Source: Paecilomyces variotii (Eukaryota). Taken from it: DNA of 64,000 nucleotides. This document shows, piece by piece, positions 1-13,065 of this stretch (within the stretch, counting starts at the first letter, position 1; each line of letters begins with the position of its first letter). The stretch lies in NCBI GenBank assembly GCA_004022145.1, contig RCNU01000007.1; one strand, 5' to 3'. The notes under the pieces are model-generated. The model made no database searches and had not been told where the DNA came from. It worked only from the letters and a program-made list of their open reading frames with translations. The translations under genes and the position numbers were made by a program.

Positions 1-561
1 CGTTGCCACGATGCTCGTTGCCCGCGCCCAGACCGGGATGTCCACCAGTTCCCTAAGTTGCTTCACATCTCTTACCCGTCCGTCGACCAGTATACCCTTC
101 ACTCCGATTTTCCTCATGCGCGCCGCCATGAGCCCGCCCATTGTGGCAGTCCTCGTGCCCCTAGGCTGGCTCATTACGACAATTGTATCGGGGAGGGCCA
201 TGTCGGCGTAGATCGATCCATCGGGGATATTGGAGTCCGGGGTAGTACTAAAGTCCGATGGGATGAGAGTGGGGAAGGAGGGCGACGCTCTTGGGACGAA
301 GAGAACTGTCACTGCTGGAGCGACCACTTTGTTCCCGGTGTTTATGGGCCCTTCGACGGTTAGAAAAGTAGACAACCAACTTAAGTACGGTGTCTCTCAG
401 GACCCATACCAATGTCAGGGAGGAAGCCGGCGCCCGGAACGCCCAAGGTCAGCAGCGCGTCAGAGATCTACGTCGATTATGAGAAAGGTTCCAGGGACTA
501 GGGTCTGTATTCATACCTCGCATGCCGAGTAGTTCAGTAGTCTTTCCAGTTCCTCGTTCAT
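1..561 (-). CDS. RraA-like / 4-hydroxy-4-methyl-2-oxoglutarate aldolase family (DlpA-domain) protein, 3' end outside window
   Basis: Manual splice: ATG at 561, MNEELERLLNYSACE / intron 516-468 / ISDALLTLGVPGAGFLPDI / intron 409-351 / GPINTGNKVVAPAVTVLFVP...TATMGGLMAARMRKIGVKGILVDGRVRDV...PVWAR. The SDAL, GGLMA and VDGRVRD motifs are typical of the RraA/HMG aldolase fold. Confidence 0.85.
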
Positions 562-940
562 TTTTACTCGGCCAGCCAAAGGTCGAAATGGCCAAGGTGT
601 GTCTTTTTCTGGCATCGTGTAAAACGGATTGGCAGAAAATGACTACGTCGTAGACACTTATGCTGGCTCTCCCGCCGGTCAGCTCAGAGGGGTAGGAGGC
701 GAGTTTAGCCGATTAGACTTGAGTCCCTGCTGCTAAATCCAAAGGGGCTTGTCATTCTGAATACCGGCTATTGCAATGGCCCGGTCGACCACCGGAGTGC
801 TTCATATTCGGTTTTGATGATTACGTAGAGTCAATATTGGATACAAATCTGCGAGACGGCAAGCCTTTGTGCCGCGATCTTTCTGGAATTGACACTACTG
901 TACACCATTTTCCCGCCACATCAAGCAGTCATCAGTCGTA

Positions 941-2044
941 CTAAGCATGGTCAAGAGGCGACGGTCCAACATCAACCTCGACCGTAAAGATCCTTATCGG
1001 CTTCTCAATCTGACTCGTTCCATTATGCCACTGCATGGCACGATTGAACTGGGCAGCTGGAAGCCACAGTCGGTTCCGCCCATCAAGCCACATTCCGTCC
1101 ACCCAGAGAAGACGAGAATCATGTACAAAAATCTCCGATTTCCCGTCGGGGGATATTCTCAAGATGTTCTGGCGGTCCGTGTCACTCAGGTAGATGTTGC
1201 CTCTGGCGTCGATGGCCGTGCTGCCGGTTGAAGGCGTATGCGAGAACGGCTGGATCCATTTTTCCAGTTCAATGTCGGGAAACGAGGTGTTGCGCAGTGC
1301 CTGGTTCAAGTACTTGGTAGGGATGCGTGACATGCCTCCTGCTGTGGGCTGAAAGTAGAGATATTGCCCATCCGGGGAAACTTCAAGTTGGTCGACATAG
1401 ATGAAGTTAAATCCGCCCGTAGAGTTACGCATCAGACTGCCCTCCCCTGACGTGGGCATGTATTGTTTGAGCGCCAGCTGGTTTTCTAGGAGTCGTCGCC
1501 CGGTACCTGTGACTAGGTCTATCACTATGATGCTGGCGGCTCCTGCATCGGTAAGGTATGCTATGCGCCTATTAAACCGGAAGTCATCGAGAAGGCTGGA
1601 AGGAGCAATCAAGTCCGCAAATGGATAGATACGGGTCACTTTGTTCGTTGAGATATCTATCGTGACCAGCTTCGCACCGGCAGGATGAAGGGTTCCGTTG
1701 CTGGCGAGACCATTGTCAAGCACCCATAACTGGCCATCAGGACCGATTCGTTGGGCAGCGACATTGACAAATGTATTGGCCGCGTCTCGAGTGCTCTCGA
1801 AAGAATTCCAGGCATTACTTGGATATGGGACGAAGGAGTTGTTCTCGTAGCGCTCAACGAGCAGCGGTCCAGTCGAGCCATCGAAGCGGTTATACAGGAG
1901 GAAAATGCGGCTACTGTCGGGCACAATGCTAAACCCAGTTGTTGGCGAATCGATCTCCAAACTGTCTATGACGCTGGGATTCTGAGCGACTGCTGTTCGG
2001 ATATGCCAGAGGACGAGTGCAAGAATAAAGACAATAGACAGCAT
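941..2044 (-). CDS. Secreted major royal jelly protein / yellow-like beta-propeller protein
   Basis: Intronless ORF. Likely start MLSIVFILALVLWHIRTAVA (signal peptide). Motifs LWVLDNG, AYLTDAG, IIVIDLVTGTGRRLL, IDARGNIYLSD and DSRLLWVDGMW are characteristic of the MRJP family. Confidence 0.85.
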   Translation of the reverse strand: MLSIVFILALVLWHIRTAVAQNPSVIDSLEIDSPTTGFSIVPDSSRIFLLYNRFDGSTGPLLVERYENNSFVPYPSNAWNSFESTRDAANTFVNVAAQRIGPDGQLWVLDNGLASNGTLHPAGAKLVTIDISTNKVTRIYPFADLIAPSSLLDDFRFNRRIAYLTDAGAASIIVIDLVTGTGRRLLENQLALKQYMPTSGEGSLMRNSTGGFNFIYVDQLEVSPDGQYLYFQPTAGGMSRIPTKYLNQALRNTSFPDIELEKWIQPFSHTPSTGSTAIDARGNIYLSDTDRQNILRISPDGKSEIFVHDSRLLWVDGMWLDGRNRLWLPAAQFNRAMQWHNGTSQIEKPIRIFTVEVDVGPSPLDHA

Positions 2045-3308
2045 CTTGGCCTTGGGATATTGAAACCAATAGTATCCGCATTGCTGGGACTCTTTGAGGG
2101 TCTGAGTTGAGCAATATATTCCACATCCATAACGCCTGATACTGCAGAAGTTGTGGTTCAGTTCCAATTTTTACCGGCTCCAGAATGGACGGTGAATAGA
2201 CCGGTACAACCCTCGGTTTTATTTGCTAAAAGTCTCCATGGGTCTCAAATGCGTCTGAATATTTAGGTAATTGGTCGGCTTTTTTACCTAGTTAATATGA
2301 GGGTTGGACACCCCCAGACTGGCCGGTCGCATCCCTCATCTCTAGTCGACGTCGCAATTTATAACACAGAATAATGATACTTATTTGGGGGTCTCCAGGA
2401 CCTGATGGCAGTCGTCTGTGGCCTTCCGCTATGGAATTTCGAGCTCAATCCAGATAGGAATTCAAAGCTCTTCAGTTACCCCCTTATTCTTTGCACAGAA
2501 GATGGTTCCCGAGCTCCGGCCCGCGTATCGAACAGTGTGCTATTAAGAAAGGTAATGCCTGTTCATCGCATCATTATGCAATGCTGGTTACGATATCAGG
2601 ATGTAGCTAAAGAAGAAAGCACAGCGAAATCTCTTATCCGAACACCGATCGACGGTTCTTAGCCGCATTCTAGTTTATATATCTTGAAATATATATTAAT
2701 CTAACGAATATGACAGCGCATTTCTGAAATAATATTCATCCTTCTGGAATACTCTACTCTTTAGCGTATGGGGAGACCCGATCTTTTCTGGCGATTCGAT
2801 ATAGTCAGGTGTGATGATAACTTTGCTGTAGTACAGCATATGCATCTGTAATATAGCCAGAGACCACACTATACCCGTCCAGATATGACTTCATAAATTG
2901 CAACTTCAGTACTTCGCCTAACCATTGCAGTCAATCTACTAACTATGCATTAACGCCACCAAACAGAAATCAAGGCGCCTTGCTCGCCATCATCGCCAAC
3001 GAGGAGATAGAATAACGTTATACGAATCAAGATGGCATAACTCTCAAATAGATATTCACAATAGAATCGGACTGTCTGATCTAATAAACCGATTAGTTAC
3101 ATTATAAGTATAGATTGAATAAGAGTAAGAGATGTTTTTTTTGTTCCATGGGGACATTCCCGACGCGTCAACGATACGCTTGGGAATGATTCATGGACTG
3201 GATAACTTGGGAGTCAGGCTATTGCTATACGGTGTAGAGAATGGCAATAAATTCCCTCGAAGGGATTCGTGAATTTCTTTATTCAGAGATCGTATTTATT
3301 ATCAATCC

Positions 3309-5872
3309 CTAATCAGACGTGTCTTTCCATACCCCTGACTCGAGCCAGTCTACTGATGGTTGACTGGTGAAGAGCTCCCACATGAGATCATCCGTCGATA
3401 GCGAAGTAGCTGCTCCGTGTCCAGTGCCTGGAAAAGGAACAGCGATTGGAACTTGAACACTGGAAAAACAATGGCTGTCAGTGCTGAATGGCCGTATTGG
3501 CGGAACAGGCACTGAGGCCGCATTGTCTTCTGATAGAGATTGCAGCATCGCAAGAGAGGGCGTGTTATCTCGGCGCGAGGAGTCTCCGTTTTGGTCCGTT
3601 CCAATGTTGATCGTTTGATGATTCTCTATTGGCGAAGAGGCCAATTTGCTTCCTCCGGAGGTTATCAAGTTCTTGCATAAGTTGAGAAAAGCGTTGAGCA
3701 GATTGTGGAGTTTCAATAAGGATGGATTGGCGTTCTTGTACCGCGAGAGGAGAAGAGTGGCATCTTTTAAGAGGGCGAAGTCCTCGATGCTGGATATGCT
3801 GACAACATTGCAAAATAAAACGAAAAAGGGGCTGAGCGGGTAAAGGAGGACTGTCCTGCATAGATAGTTAGTTCGGAAGAGGACTAAGAGCTGCGTGAGG
3901 GTAGGATACGGAAGGGATTCGATATAGCATCTCTACTCACCATGTTAGAAACGATGGAAAAGGCTCCATCACTTCAGAATCCTCAGCACTGCGATGCTGA
4001 AGGTATAGCAATATGCTGAGTGCTTTTCGCGCTGAGAACAGACAATCTCCTTGATACAGATAACACCTGCGCCTTCGCAAGCGGTACTGGAACACATTGG
4101 TCTGGATAGCATAATACCCATATTCAAAATCCATCCATGACGTAGCGAGAGCTCCAGGTATCGTCGATCTGACCTTTAGGAATGATAGTTAGTTCAGGTA
4201 CATACGCCAGGAGACCGTTGACTTTGTATACATGATCAATTCTCTCTCGAAGCAACTTGACCTTTTTATCAAGCCTCTCAAATTGCACGTCTATGTTCTC
4301 TTTCCCCTCATTTCCGAAACCCTGCATTAAATCTAGACCATTTTCTTGTGTCTCCGCCACAGTTAATAGAAGTTGAAGCATTATAGTTGGGGGGTCGGAT
4401 ACGTCTCCGCGTATCAATGAGACAGGAGAAGCGTTTAGCCTTGGAAGCGAAGGTGGTCGCACCAAAAGTAGACTGAGTACCTTGTCTAGGTAATAGCACC
4501 AGTAGACACTGAACCGGATTTCCTCATCTGTTTCATGTACTGGTGGGTTTTGAAACGTGGTATGGTAATTTAGAGAAACAATGGCACGGGCAGCCGCTGC
4601 TGTTAACATCCAGCTCTGGGACATATTTCCCACATATTGCATGAATATTGCCTTGAAGTTTATAAGTTTCTCTGACAGAGATAGACAGGGAACTTGCCCG
4701 TGACTGCGATATTGAAGGATGGAACTTACTCCTGATAAGAGTGCTTGAACCAGTGGGAGACTCGGAGGTGATAGAAGGCCGATGCGACTCAAGGAATCCA
4801 GAGCGGTAGCTGCATATTGACTTCTTGACTCTTCTAGTCTCTGGAGGACAGAATTACTGTGAGGAGGATTGGCCCGCATGATAGTGAAAAAGAATGCCTT
4901 TATATAGACACACACACGATACTGGAGGAGAAGTTGCTGGCTTGGATGCCCTTCTATTAGAGTAAGGGTCATTCGCTCGAGAGTTTTCGTCGAGATGTGG
5001 TCTGGCCATTCCATGCATGCACCTATTCCTGTTCGACGGGCAAAAGCTTTGAAATCATGAGATTTGCTGACTATACGGGTCAATTTGGTTTCATACCGGG
5101 AAGCATCATATATAGTAACTCTGCTGGTGCTGCGGTGCAGATCACCGATGGACTAAGATCAGAAGTACCAAGCAATCCGGAAGCATTTGATTCCCCAGAT
5201 AGATGGGGAAGCTGATTAATTAATTGCAGTGCCGACTCAAACACTGCTTGTCGCTCCTGTGGTAGAATGTTGTGATCAAGCTCCTGTTGGATAAATTCTC
5301 GCGCTTCATTTGTCCGATGACTGGGTTCTTCGTCTGCTACTACATGGCTGTGCTGTGGGCGTGTTGAAGTCTTCTCATGGTCGGGGTGCGAACCTCCCTT
5401 GTACAAGTGGCTGCGCGGCGCAGAAGACTCCCTGCGGCTCCGACGTGCAGCTTCAGGAGGTGAAGACGGACTGTCCAACCTATACGCATAAAACAGTCAT
5501 TATAACTATTGAGAAATAAACAAATGGTTTGGAGTCACGCACTGTGAAATGACGTGTGCTGTATTTTCGAGGTTCGTCAACCGTTCAGCTAGCGTAGACA
5601 TGCTACCAACAGTAAGTCCCTTGGGAAGCAAGAAGGCTTCTTAGCACACACTCACCGCGATCTCCGAGATGGAGCGTGACGTTTAGGACGTGTACGACAG
5701 CATTTCACTTGAGCATTCGCGCAGTTTTTGCATGTCTTTTCTCTGTCACATTTCACCTAAAAGCGTGGTCCTTGCAATGAGCATACTTGGGCCATGGTTG
5801 CGATGAGAAATCTCCATTATGGCTGCGCAGATGTTGACCTAATCTAACCTTTCTGATATAGCAGAGATCGCA
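3309..5872 (-). CDS. Zn(II)2Cys6 fungal transcription factor with fungal-specific TF middle domain (multi-exon; first exon uncertain)
   Basis: Spliced cluster CDLCYIRK (exon ~5872-5849) / VKCDREKTCKNCANAQVKC (~5756-5700). Downstream ORF pieces 5478-5080, 5083-4124 (FSVYWCYYLDKVLSLLLVRPPSL), 4134-3937 and 3716-3309. Confidence 0.8.
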
Positions 5873-6598
5873 CTGAAAATGTATTAGTCTCGTGATAGCA
5901 ACATCGCATTAATATCCATAGATCTCAGTAAGATCCACGATCCGCATTGTCAACGGTAGGAGCAGCTATTGGATGATGCATGATAGAATCACTCTGACGT
6001 ACAGCTGGCAAGGTCATGTTCTCATCTGGGGGCCTTGAGCTCATATTCAGGCTCCAGATTTCGTTGGTGAGCAGGGGCGTTTACAATGCTGGTGATCTGA
6101 AAAGTGATTGCGATACTCAGGTACGTCCGTTCGGAAGGTTTCTGTCGGAGGGTCTCGGCGATTCGGGCCCGATAAGCCTCCGAATGAACCGGGAACTCGA
6201 TATCTACCGAGAGAGTGCCTGTAGACTGACTTGCACGCGATAATTATTGGTCAAGCGGAAGTTTAGGTCCGGCGTTGACATGAAAGGGGAATCTTCTGGT
6301 GGAAATATTAATGTCTAATATTATTCACTTCCAGAACTCGTTTTAGCTTTGTTGATTATCTCTCCTTTTTCAACCCCCCGTCTCTCTGTCTCTCATATTT
6401 CTCTCCTCCTCTGAATAGTTTTAGCATTCGAACACTCGCTTGTATATTCTTTCTGTCCGTTGTTGGAACTCCTATCGTTTATATCGTTACATTTGTTTTG
6501 TCCATATTCAACAGTCACCACTGTTCTTCCAACATCTAGTTTCGCCAGTGAGAAAAACAACACTCCTTACATTACACCGAAAATCAGAAAGTAGCAAA

Positions 6599-7965
6599 AT
6601 GCGGCCAATTGTTTTGACTACGGTCATCGCGTTGTTCATTATCAGAGCAGTAGTTAGCACTGCCCTGACTTGTGGGGGCGGTACAAAATGTCCCATGGAC
6701 ACACCTTGCTGTTCTCGTACGTTAAGACACTTGGTGAACAATCAGGCTATGAGTTGAATGACCGGAAGCTGACCAGGGCGATGCACTCTGAAAATCTGTA
6801 GAATATGGAGAATGCGGTACTGGATCTTATTGCCTCGGTGGCTGTGACCCCATCAACTCGAACACTTTAAACTCGTGCGCACCTGAACCGATCTGCAAAA
6901 GCAATTCATTCACGAATTTCGAGAGCTTGAGTGACTTTACGTTGAACACAAAGTACTTGGGTAACGCTTCTGCCTCAGACTGGATGTACAGCGGTCAGCC
7001 TCTCGTCAGCGATGGCAATCTCCTTTTGACTATGGCTAAGGACACTGTTGGCACTGTGTTGTCATACAATCACTACATATGGTACGGCCGAGTGTCTACG
7101 AAAATGAAGACTTCTCGAGACGCTGGTGTGGTAACAGCGTTTATCTTGCTATCAGATGTGAAAGACGAGATCGATGTCGAGTTCATCGGAGTCGATCTCA
7201 GAACCGCTCAGTTGAACTACTTCTATCAAGGAATCACAGGCCGTATGTAAAGAGACTTCGGGTGATTAAGGATTACACTAATATGGCATACCAGAACACT
7301 TGGAAGTAAACGCTACCATCGATTCCGATAGTTTCGAAAACTTCCACACTTACGAGGTGGACTGGACTCCTGACGCGATCACTTGGTACGTCGATGGGGA
7401 ATCGGTGCGCACTCTCCTGAGAGAGGACACTTATAATGCCACATCTGGCGACTACATGTTTCCTCAGACCCCCTCTCGGTTGGAAATGTCTGTGTGGCCC
7501 GGTGGTCTCTCGACGAATGCACCAGGGACCATAGCATGGGCCGGTGGCGAGATTAGCTGGGACACTGCCGATATTAAGGACCCCGGATACTACTACGCCA
7601 CCATCAGCGAGGTCAATATCACATGCTACGATCCCCCCGCCGGGGCCAACTCACAAGGCGATAAGTCATACATTTATATTGATTCAGCTGGAACCAACAA
7701 TACAGTGATGATTACCAATGAAGGTACGGTGCTGAGTTCGTTCGAGGCAACCGGGACAAACATGACTGCTGGAGCGACAGTCAGCAGTTCTGCAACAAGT
7801 GGATCTGATGGGGTTTCTGGCACTAGCAGTGGTTCATCGGTTACTGGCTTCGTCCAGGGCAATGGTTCTAGCCAGTCAGGGGTTACTCGTTTGCTCAAAC
7901 AATGTACCTCGCGGGTTGCAGTCTCCGCAACTCTGATTACAATTTTCGCCCTATCTTCTATCTAA
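6599..7965 (+). CDS. GH16 Crh/Utr2-type cell-wall chitin transglycosylase with N-terminal CBM18 and likely GPI anchor
   Basis: Signal peptide MRPIVLTTVIALFII; chitin-binding CPMDTPCCS/QYGECGTGSYCLGGCDP; catalytic DEIDVEFIG; FHTYEVDWTPD, PQTPSRL and GTIAWAGG; Ser/Gly-rich tail with hydrophobic C-terminus; two introns (~6717-6801, ~7243-7294). Confidence 0.9.
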
Positions 7966-8314
7966 TTATTTTCTACCTAGGCCGAGTAAATATCTGATGA
8001 GGATTTATTGGCAAGCATCTGCTTAATTTATTTTCTATTACATGAGTTTATTTCAGACAGATTGGTGGTAGTCTCGGGAATCGAAATGTCAAGAGTCTTG
8101 TATGTGACCTAAGAGAGCTTGGCAATCTATAACATGTTTGACAACTTTTCTGTTGTTACTATTACTCTATAATCAGAATATAATATACAATATTCAGACC
8201 TTCTATAGTGTTAAGGAGTGGCATGCTCAAGAAGGCTAGCAGCAGTGGCTGTAGCACAAAGTATAATAAGTAATACATCTATAATAGCTAACGGCGAAAA
8301 AGACTGTACTGCTT

Positions 8315-9795
8315 TCACTTTAATATAGCCTCTATAATGCCTACTGGGGTCCCTGGCGCCTTCCAGACTTTAACTAGCTTTAACCCTGAAATATCAAGCA
8401 GACGCTCAAAATTCTTCTCTGTTCGCTCCGTCCCACCGAAAGTCATCATAGCCTGGTCCATCCAAGCGGCAAGCATGCTACTGCCGACTTCCGGGACGAT
8501 AAACTCGGTAATCAATACCCGTGACTTCTGGCGATCCATGGATGCAGCGAGGTTCTGGAGGATACTCTTGCTTTCAGACTCGGGCCAATCGTGGAGAATG
8601 CGGCGGAGGTAGTAGACGAGAGCTCCTAGAAAAGTAAAAGTCAAGTGTTGGTAATTAATCGAGCCTTGTGATGGAGGCGATGATTGAGACGACGACGTAA
8701 GCTTACCTTTGACCGGCTGAGGCTGGAAGAAGTCATGCGTCATGGCCTCAATACCAGTACGAGCAAGTTCGTCCTTTGCTTCCGCGACAACGCCGCTTGA
8801 TCTTGCAAGATAAACTTGCCTTTCACCCCCGAGCAGTTCTCCTTGATCTGCTGAAGAATATGGCCCCGACCACCACCGACATCTACGATGGTAACTCTAT
8901 CATCTTCGGCGTCCTTAGCCAGTTCCAGGGCGAAAGGATAGATGCCCATAGTAACTTGACCGGAGTCCTGCGCGACCATAGCCTCATTGAAGCGAGTGAA
9001 TCTACTGGGAATTCCAGAGAGGAACTCGAACATGATATTTCCCTCGCAGCCATGGGCGTAAGTGTATGGGTTGTGACGCGTAGTAATATGATCCTTCCAG
9101 TTGTTCTGAGCAAGGAATTCATAATTCTTTACCATGGGAACTAGAAATTCATCCGCCCTACTGTGTCGTCAACGATGGATATCCTACAACTTTATCGGGG
9201 GCACGACCTACGTTGATGTGAAGACAGCATTTAGCTGCGGGACCAAATAGGCCTCAGACAAGCTTGTGTGCGAGTATGTCTCCTCTGCCGTCTCGAGGAA
9301 AGGTCCGTAGACTGTCAGAGCACGCATCAGACGGACTAGAAGGGTATTAGCAACATTTTTCTCGCTCCGATATGCTCAACCAGGCTGGTAGGCCCACTAA
9401 GTATTTCCTTGTCGAGACCCGTTTTCGCCGAGATCTCTGCAGCGCTTATACTCTTGCCGCCTGCTGGGATAGCATGGAACACGCCAGCCGCCAGCAGCGT
9501 CCGAACTGCTCCTATTTGTGCCATCTAATTGAATATTAGTACTATAAAGTGTAAGGGGACAATATCTTATTGAAGTGCTAAACTGCTCTCTCTAACTTAC
9601 ACACTCGAAGTTGGCGAAGAGCTCATCAGTCGGTCCTCGGATCCTCTGCAGAAGCCGCATTGTCTTGAGCATCAGCTCATACCTTGACTGTTCGGCATCC
9701 AAGTTAGAAGACGTCTCGACATATTTTTCTGCTGCTGCAGTCACTTGACGCAGTTCATTTAGAAAATTCTCTTGCGAGATCGTGTAGCTTCCCAT
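8315..9795 (-). pseudogene. SAM-dependent O-methyltransferase (Methyltransf_2 family), apparently frameshifted
   Basis: Multi-exon gene from ATG 9795 (MGSYTISQ). Motifs IVDVGGGRGH, FILQDQ, HDFFQPQPVKG and YYLRRILHDWP. The frame breaks at ~8790-8797: after LQDQA the expected VVAEAKDELARTGIEAMTHDFF lies in another frame with no intron available. Confidence 0.75.
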
Positions 9796-10379
9796 TTTGA
9801 TAGTCTGCCGAAAAAAATATGTACCGTACCATATAATGCAGTATTTGGGTTTCACTCCCAGACAGATGAATGCCAAACGACCGAAGAACTAGGATGTACC
9901 TTATATGACCTTGAACCTGACACTATCGCATCGAAGCTAGCTATCAACTGCCGTGACCATAGGCGAGTTATGCAACATGAATATCTCGGGAACGTTATGA
10001 TGCCACGCCTTACCGTACTCGGTATTTGCTGTTCTTGTATGTACGTTGCTATCAAGAAGTCTAAGAAGTCCCGCCCGTCCCCGCCTGGAAGATCTCTCAC
10101 CTTAACTTTCGCGACACATAGCCAACAGGGGGATTCTGCAACTTATTTTCGGCATTGGCGCATCCCTCGTATAACAAGGTTCGCGCCTTAGCATATAAAT
10201 GCGCCAACCTGTCATAGATAGTTCGGCGAACCCTGCTTACGCCAAAGCCAGGTGTAGTAGCTCAAGATGCTACCTCAGCATACGAGGTGCGAGGTGCTAG
10301 AGTGGGGTAATTATTACCATGGGCCCTATCCTGCCATTTCCATCATTTCCCACGTCAGTACTATGGGGTAGTCTCTGTC

Positions 10380-11260
10380 GCAACTTCTGACATTTATTAA
10401 TATATTTAACTTGTAAGAAACTAGAAAAATTAAATATGTTATTGTCTAGATCAGAAGATAATTTATATATCCCCTTTATTCAGTGAAGCAGAATTGCTAA
10501 GAAATACTTCTAAAAAGGCTTACTCGCATAATTGCAATAGTATTAGCCTAGCTGAATAGCAGCTAGATACTTTATACAAACCGCATGCATATTTAACATA
10601 TTTAGTTAAAGTTTATATAGTTTTTGTCTAAGAGATATTTGAAGCATAAGCGCTAATATAGTTATATACATATGACATGTGCAGCGGGGAAGACAAACAC
10701 AGAAGTTTTAGGCTAGACTATCTGTCCATGGGAACAAAGAATTAGCAACATATAATGCGCCCAAAGAACATTATAGGGAACTCTCTGCCTGGAATATAGT
10801 ATTTATAATATATCTTTATATAAATGAGTGTGAGTAGGCTTACACAGTGCAAGTTAAATACATAAAGTATAGATATTCAATAAATCTGGTCGCGCCGCAC
10901 ACCACCCTCCTAGCCGAATGCCTTTAGTGCTAGTCATCTATTGTCTGGCGACAGCACGCCTCCGGCGGCTACTATCTCCTGCCGCAAATAGCAAGTCCTT
11001 TTCTTCCTTACTCAGGTTATCAGCGATCTCCCTGTTTTCTGCTTCTCGGCGAAGAAATTCCAGAAGCGATTTGGTCTTATCTCTGTCCGGTATATCGCCG
11101 ACACGGATGCCGATTGGAATAACCTCCTTCGATGCAGGTCGGTCTGCGTACGATCGTAGAGAACATCAAGACTATCTCGAAATTGTTGGATGCCTGAGTC
11201 CGGCATCTCGATATCGCGGTTTCGAGTGATGTATTCTAATCAACTATGATTGTATTAGCA
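10380..11260 (-). pseudogene. Degenerate, AT/TpA-rich gene or repeat relic (RIP-like)
   Basis: 10400-10880 is much more AT- and TA-rich than its flanks. The minus strand gives protein-like stretches (e.g. KSLLEFLRREAENREIADNLSKEEKDLLFAAGD) broken mostly by TAA/TAG stops. Family not recognised. Confidence 0.4.
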
Positions 11261-11718
11261 GAAGAGTAAAGACCTTGAACTGGATAATTCAGACGTACTG
11301 TTCTCTCTTGCCGTTTTTGAATTGACAGATTATGAGGGCATGTTAGGCCACATTTAAGACCGGTCGGTTCCTCTTAAATCAGGCGGAACGGGGCTAAAAG
11401 GAGGGGATGGGCAACGTGGTGAAACCATACAGTCAGCTTCGGCGTCACTAACTGCGTGCCACTATGACCCAATATTCCTTGGTGCAGTCATATTATATGT
11501 AATAATAGCGTGATATTAATTGCTCCACATATGCCTCCATACCAACAATAGAACCAACACGTCTCTTGGCTGCCTCCCATTGCACTTTAATGTCACCATA
11601 GGAAATAACCCCAGAGAGAAGAGACCGAGCAAGTGACCACTTACAATTTATCTGGTCTGGTTGACACCTGGGTCGAAGCGACACCAATTGGAACTAAATT
11701 ACTTGATCCTTGCTGTGG

Positions 11719-13065
11719 TTAGGCAACTAACTTTTCGTGCGCGTCCCAATGTTCATCTAATTCGCCCTCCTCAGCCTGTTGGATCTTCCCCCGAACAAAC
11801 GCGACGAGATCGTCCTGTTCTTCTTGGGTGAGGAGCTTGATACGATCTTCGATGGAAGTACGAGGTCCATAGCGCCATTGGTCAATAAAGGTCCAGTAGA
11901 TATTATCGAACCCGTAACTGGATGTCGCCGCCAGGCAGAACCAGAAATCGCCGTTCTCAAGTGACCGGGCCATTCTGAGCGAAAGACGCTGGTGCTCTGA
12001 GAGGTCACCTCGTTGAATCATTTCATTTTCTTCGTCTTGAAGGGCTTGAATGAATAGGTGGTGCCGCGGACGGTACTCCTCCCAAAATTCCGTCAGGTCG
12101 TCCCACTCATCCGGATGCTTGAGGAGGAGCCACCAGGGAGAACAAAAGGTCAACTCGGCCGGAGCGGCGTAGCAGTACTCCCAGTCAATGACCCCGCGAA
12201 TGTTCAAGTCTGCGTCAACAATCACATTGGTCGGACGCAGGTCATCGCAATAAAGGGGGAATGGGCCTTCATTGTAGGGCGTCGAGAATTCCTTGGCGAT
12301 CTTGAGAAATAGCTGGCGTGCCACGTATTTGTTTCGACAATCTTCCTCATTCACCACGGCATTATTCCGCTGTGTTCGGAGATGGGTGATATGCATTTCA
12401 GCCAGTGCAGTGAAATAGGATCGCGCGGTCTCGAAAGCCTGCTGCGGTAGCGCCTTCGGGGGATAGTTCCCGCAGGAAACCAGTTCGTTCATATTGAAAG
12501 TGATTGGTCTCTTACTAGCAATCCAGTTCCCCGATCTGTCTTGACGGATCGCGCCAATGCGAGAAAACTGACATCGCGATAATTCAATCAACACCCTGGC
12601 CATCTTGCGGTAGACAAAGACCAAAAACGTGCAGTCGATGTCCGGTTGTAAGTGAATGGGTATCCTGGCGTCAGATGATCTTTTCAGATGATCCGACAAT
12701 CGCGTTCCATCCACAAATGACAGTACCATATACGGCCCTATTTGTGAGGAGCTCCCAACCGTGAGGATTTGGGGAACAGGAATTGATGTGTGTCGAGCGA
12801 GGTAGGACATGACCATGTATTCGTCGTTAGTCTTCTCATAGCGGAAAACGCTCTTGCCAAGGATCGGGAAGCGAATAATGCTCTGTAGTCCTTTCAATCG
12901 ATAACAGCAGTTGAACGAGCCCGAGCATAGATACTCATATTCTACCTTGACGCTAAAGCGATCCGTAAGTTCTTGGACTGTCATCGGGAGGCTCTCCCGT
13001 AACTTGCGAACCCAGCTAGCAGCCGTAAAGCACGCCTTATCGTATTGTATGGCGTCATGATGCAT
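11719..13065 (-). CDS. Aminoglycoside-phosphotransferase (APH) / kinase-like family protein
   Basis: Intronless ORF, likely start MHHDAIQY (13065). Motifs GSFNCCY, IIRFPILGK, TSIPVPQI and the Brenner-type CDDLRPTNVIVD...GVIDWEYCYAAP. Confidence 0.88.
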   Translation of the reverse strand: MHHDAIQYDKACFTAASWVRKLRESLPMTVQELTDRFSVKVEYEYLCSGSFNCCYRLKGLQSIIRFPILGKSVFRYEKTNDEYMVMSYLARHTSIPVPQILTVGSSSQIGPYMVLSFVDGTRLSDHLKRSSDARIPIHLQPDIDCTFLVFVYRKMARVLIELSRCQFSRIGAIRQDRSGNWIASKRPITFNMNELVSCGNYPPKALPQQAFETARSYFTALAEMHITHLRTQRNNAVVNEEDCRNKYVARQLFLKIAKEFSTPYNEGPFPLYCDDLRPTNVIVDADLNIRGVIDWEYCYAAPAELTFCSPWWLLLKHPDEWDDLTEFWEEYRPRHHLFIQALQDEENEMIQRGDLSEHQRLSLRMARSLENGDFWFCLAATSSYGFDNIYWTFIDQWRYGPRTSIEDRIKLLTQEEQDDLVAFVRGKIQQAEEGELDEHWDAHEKLVA

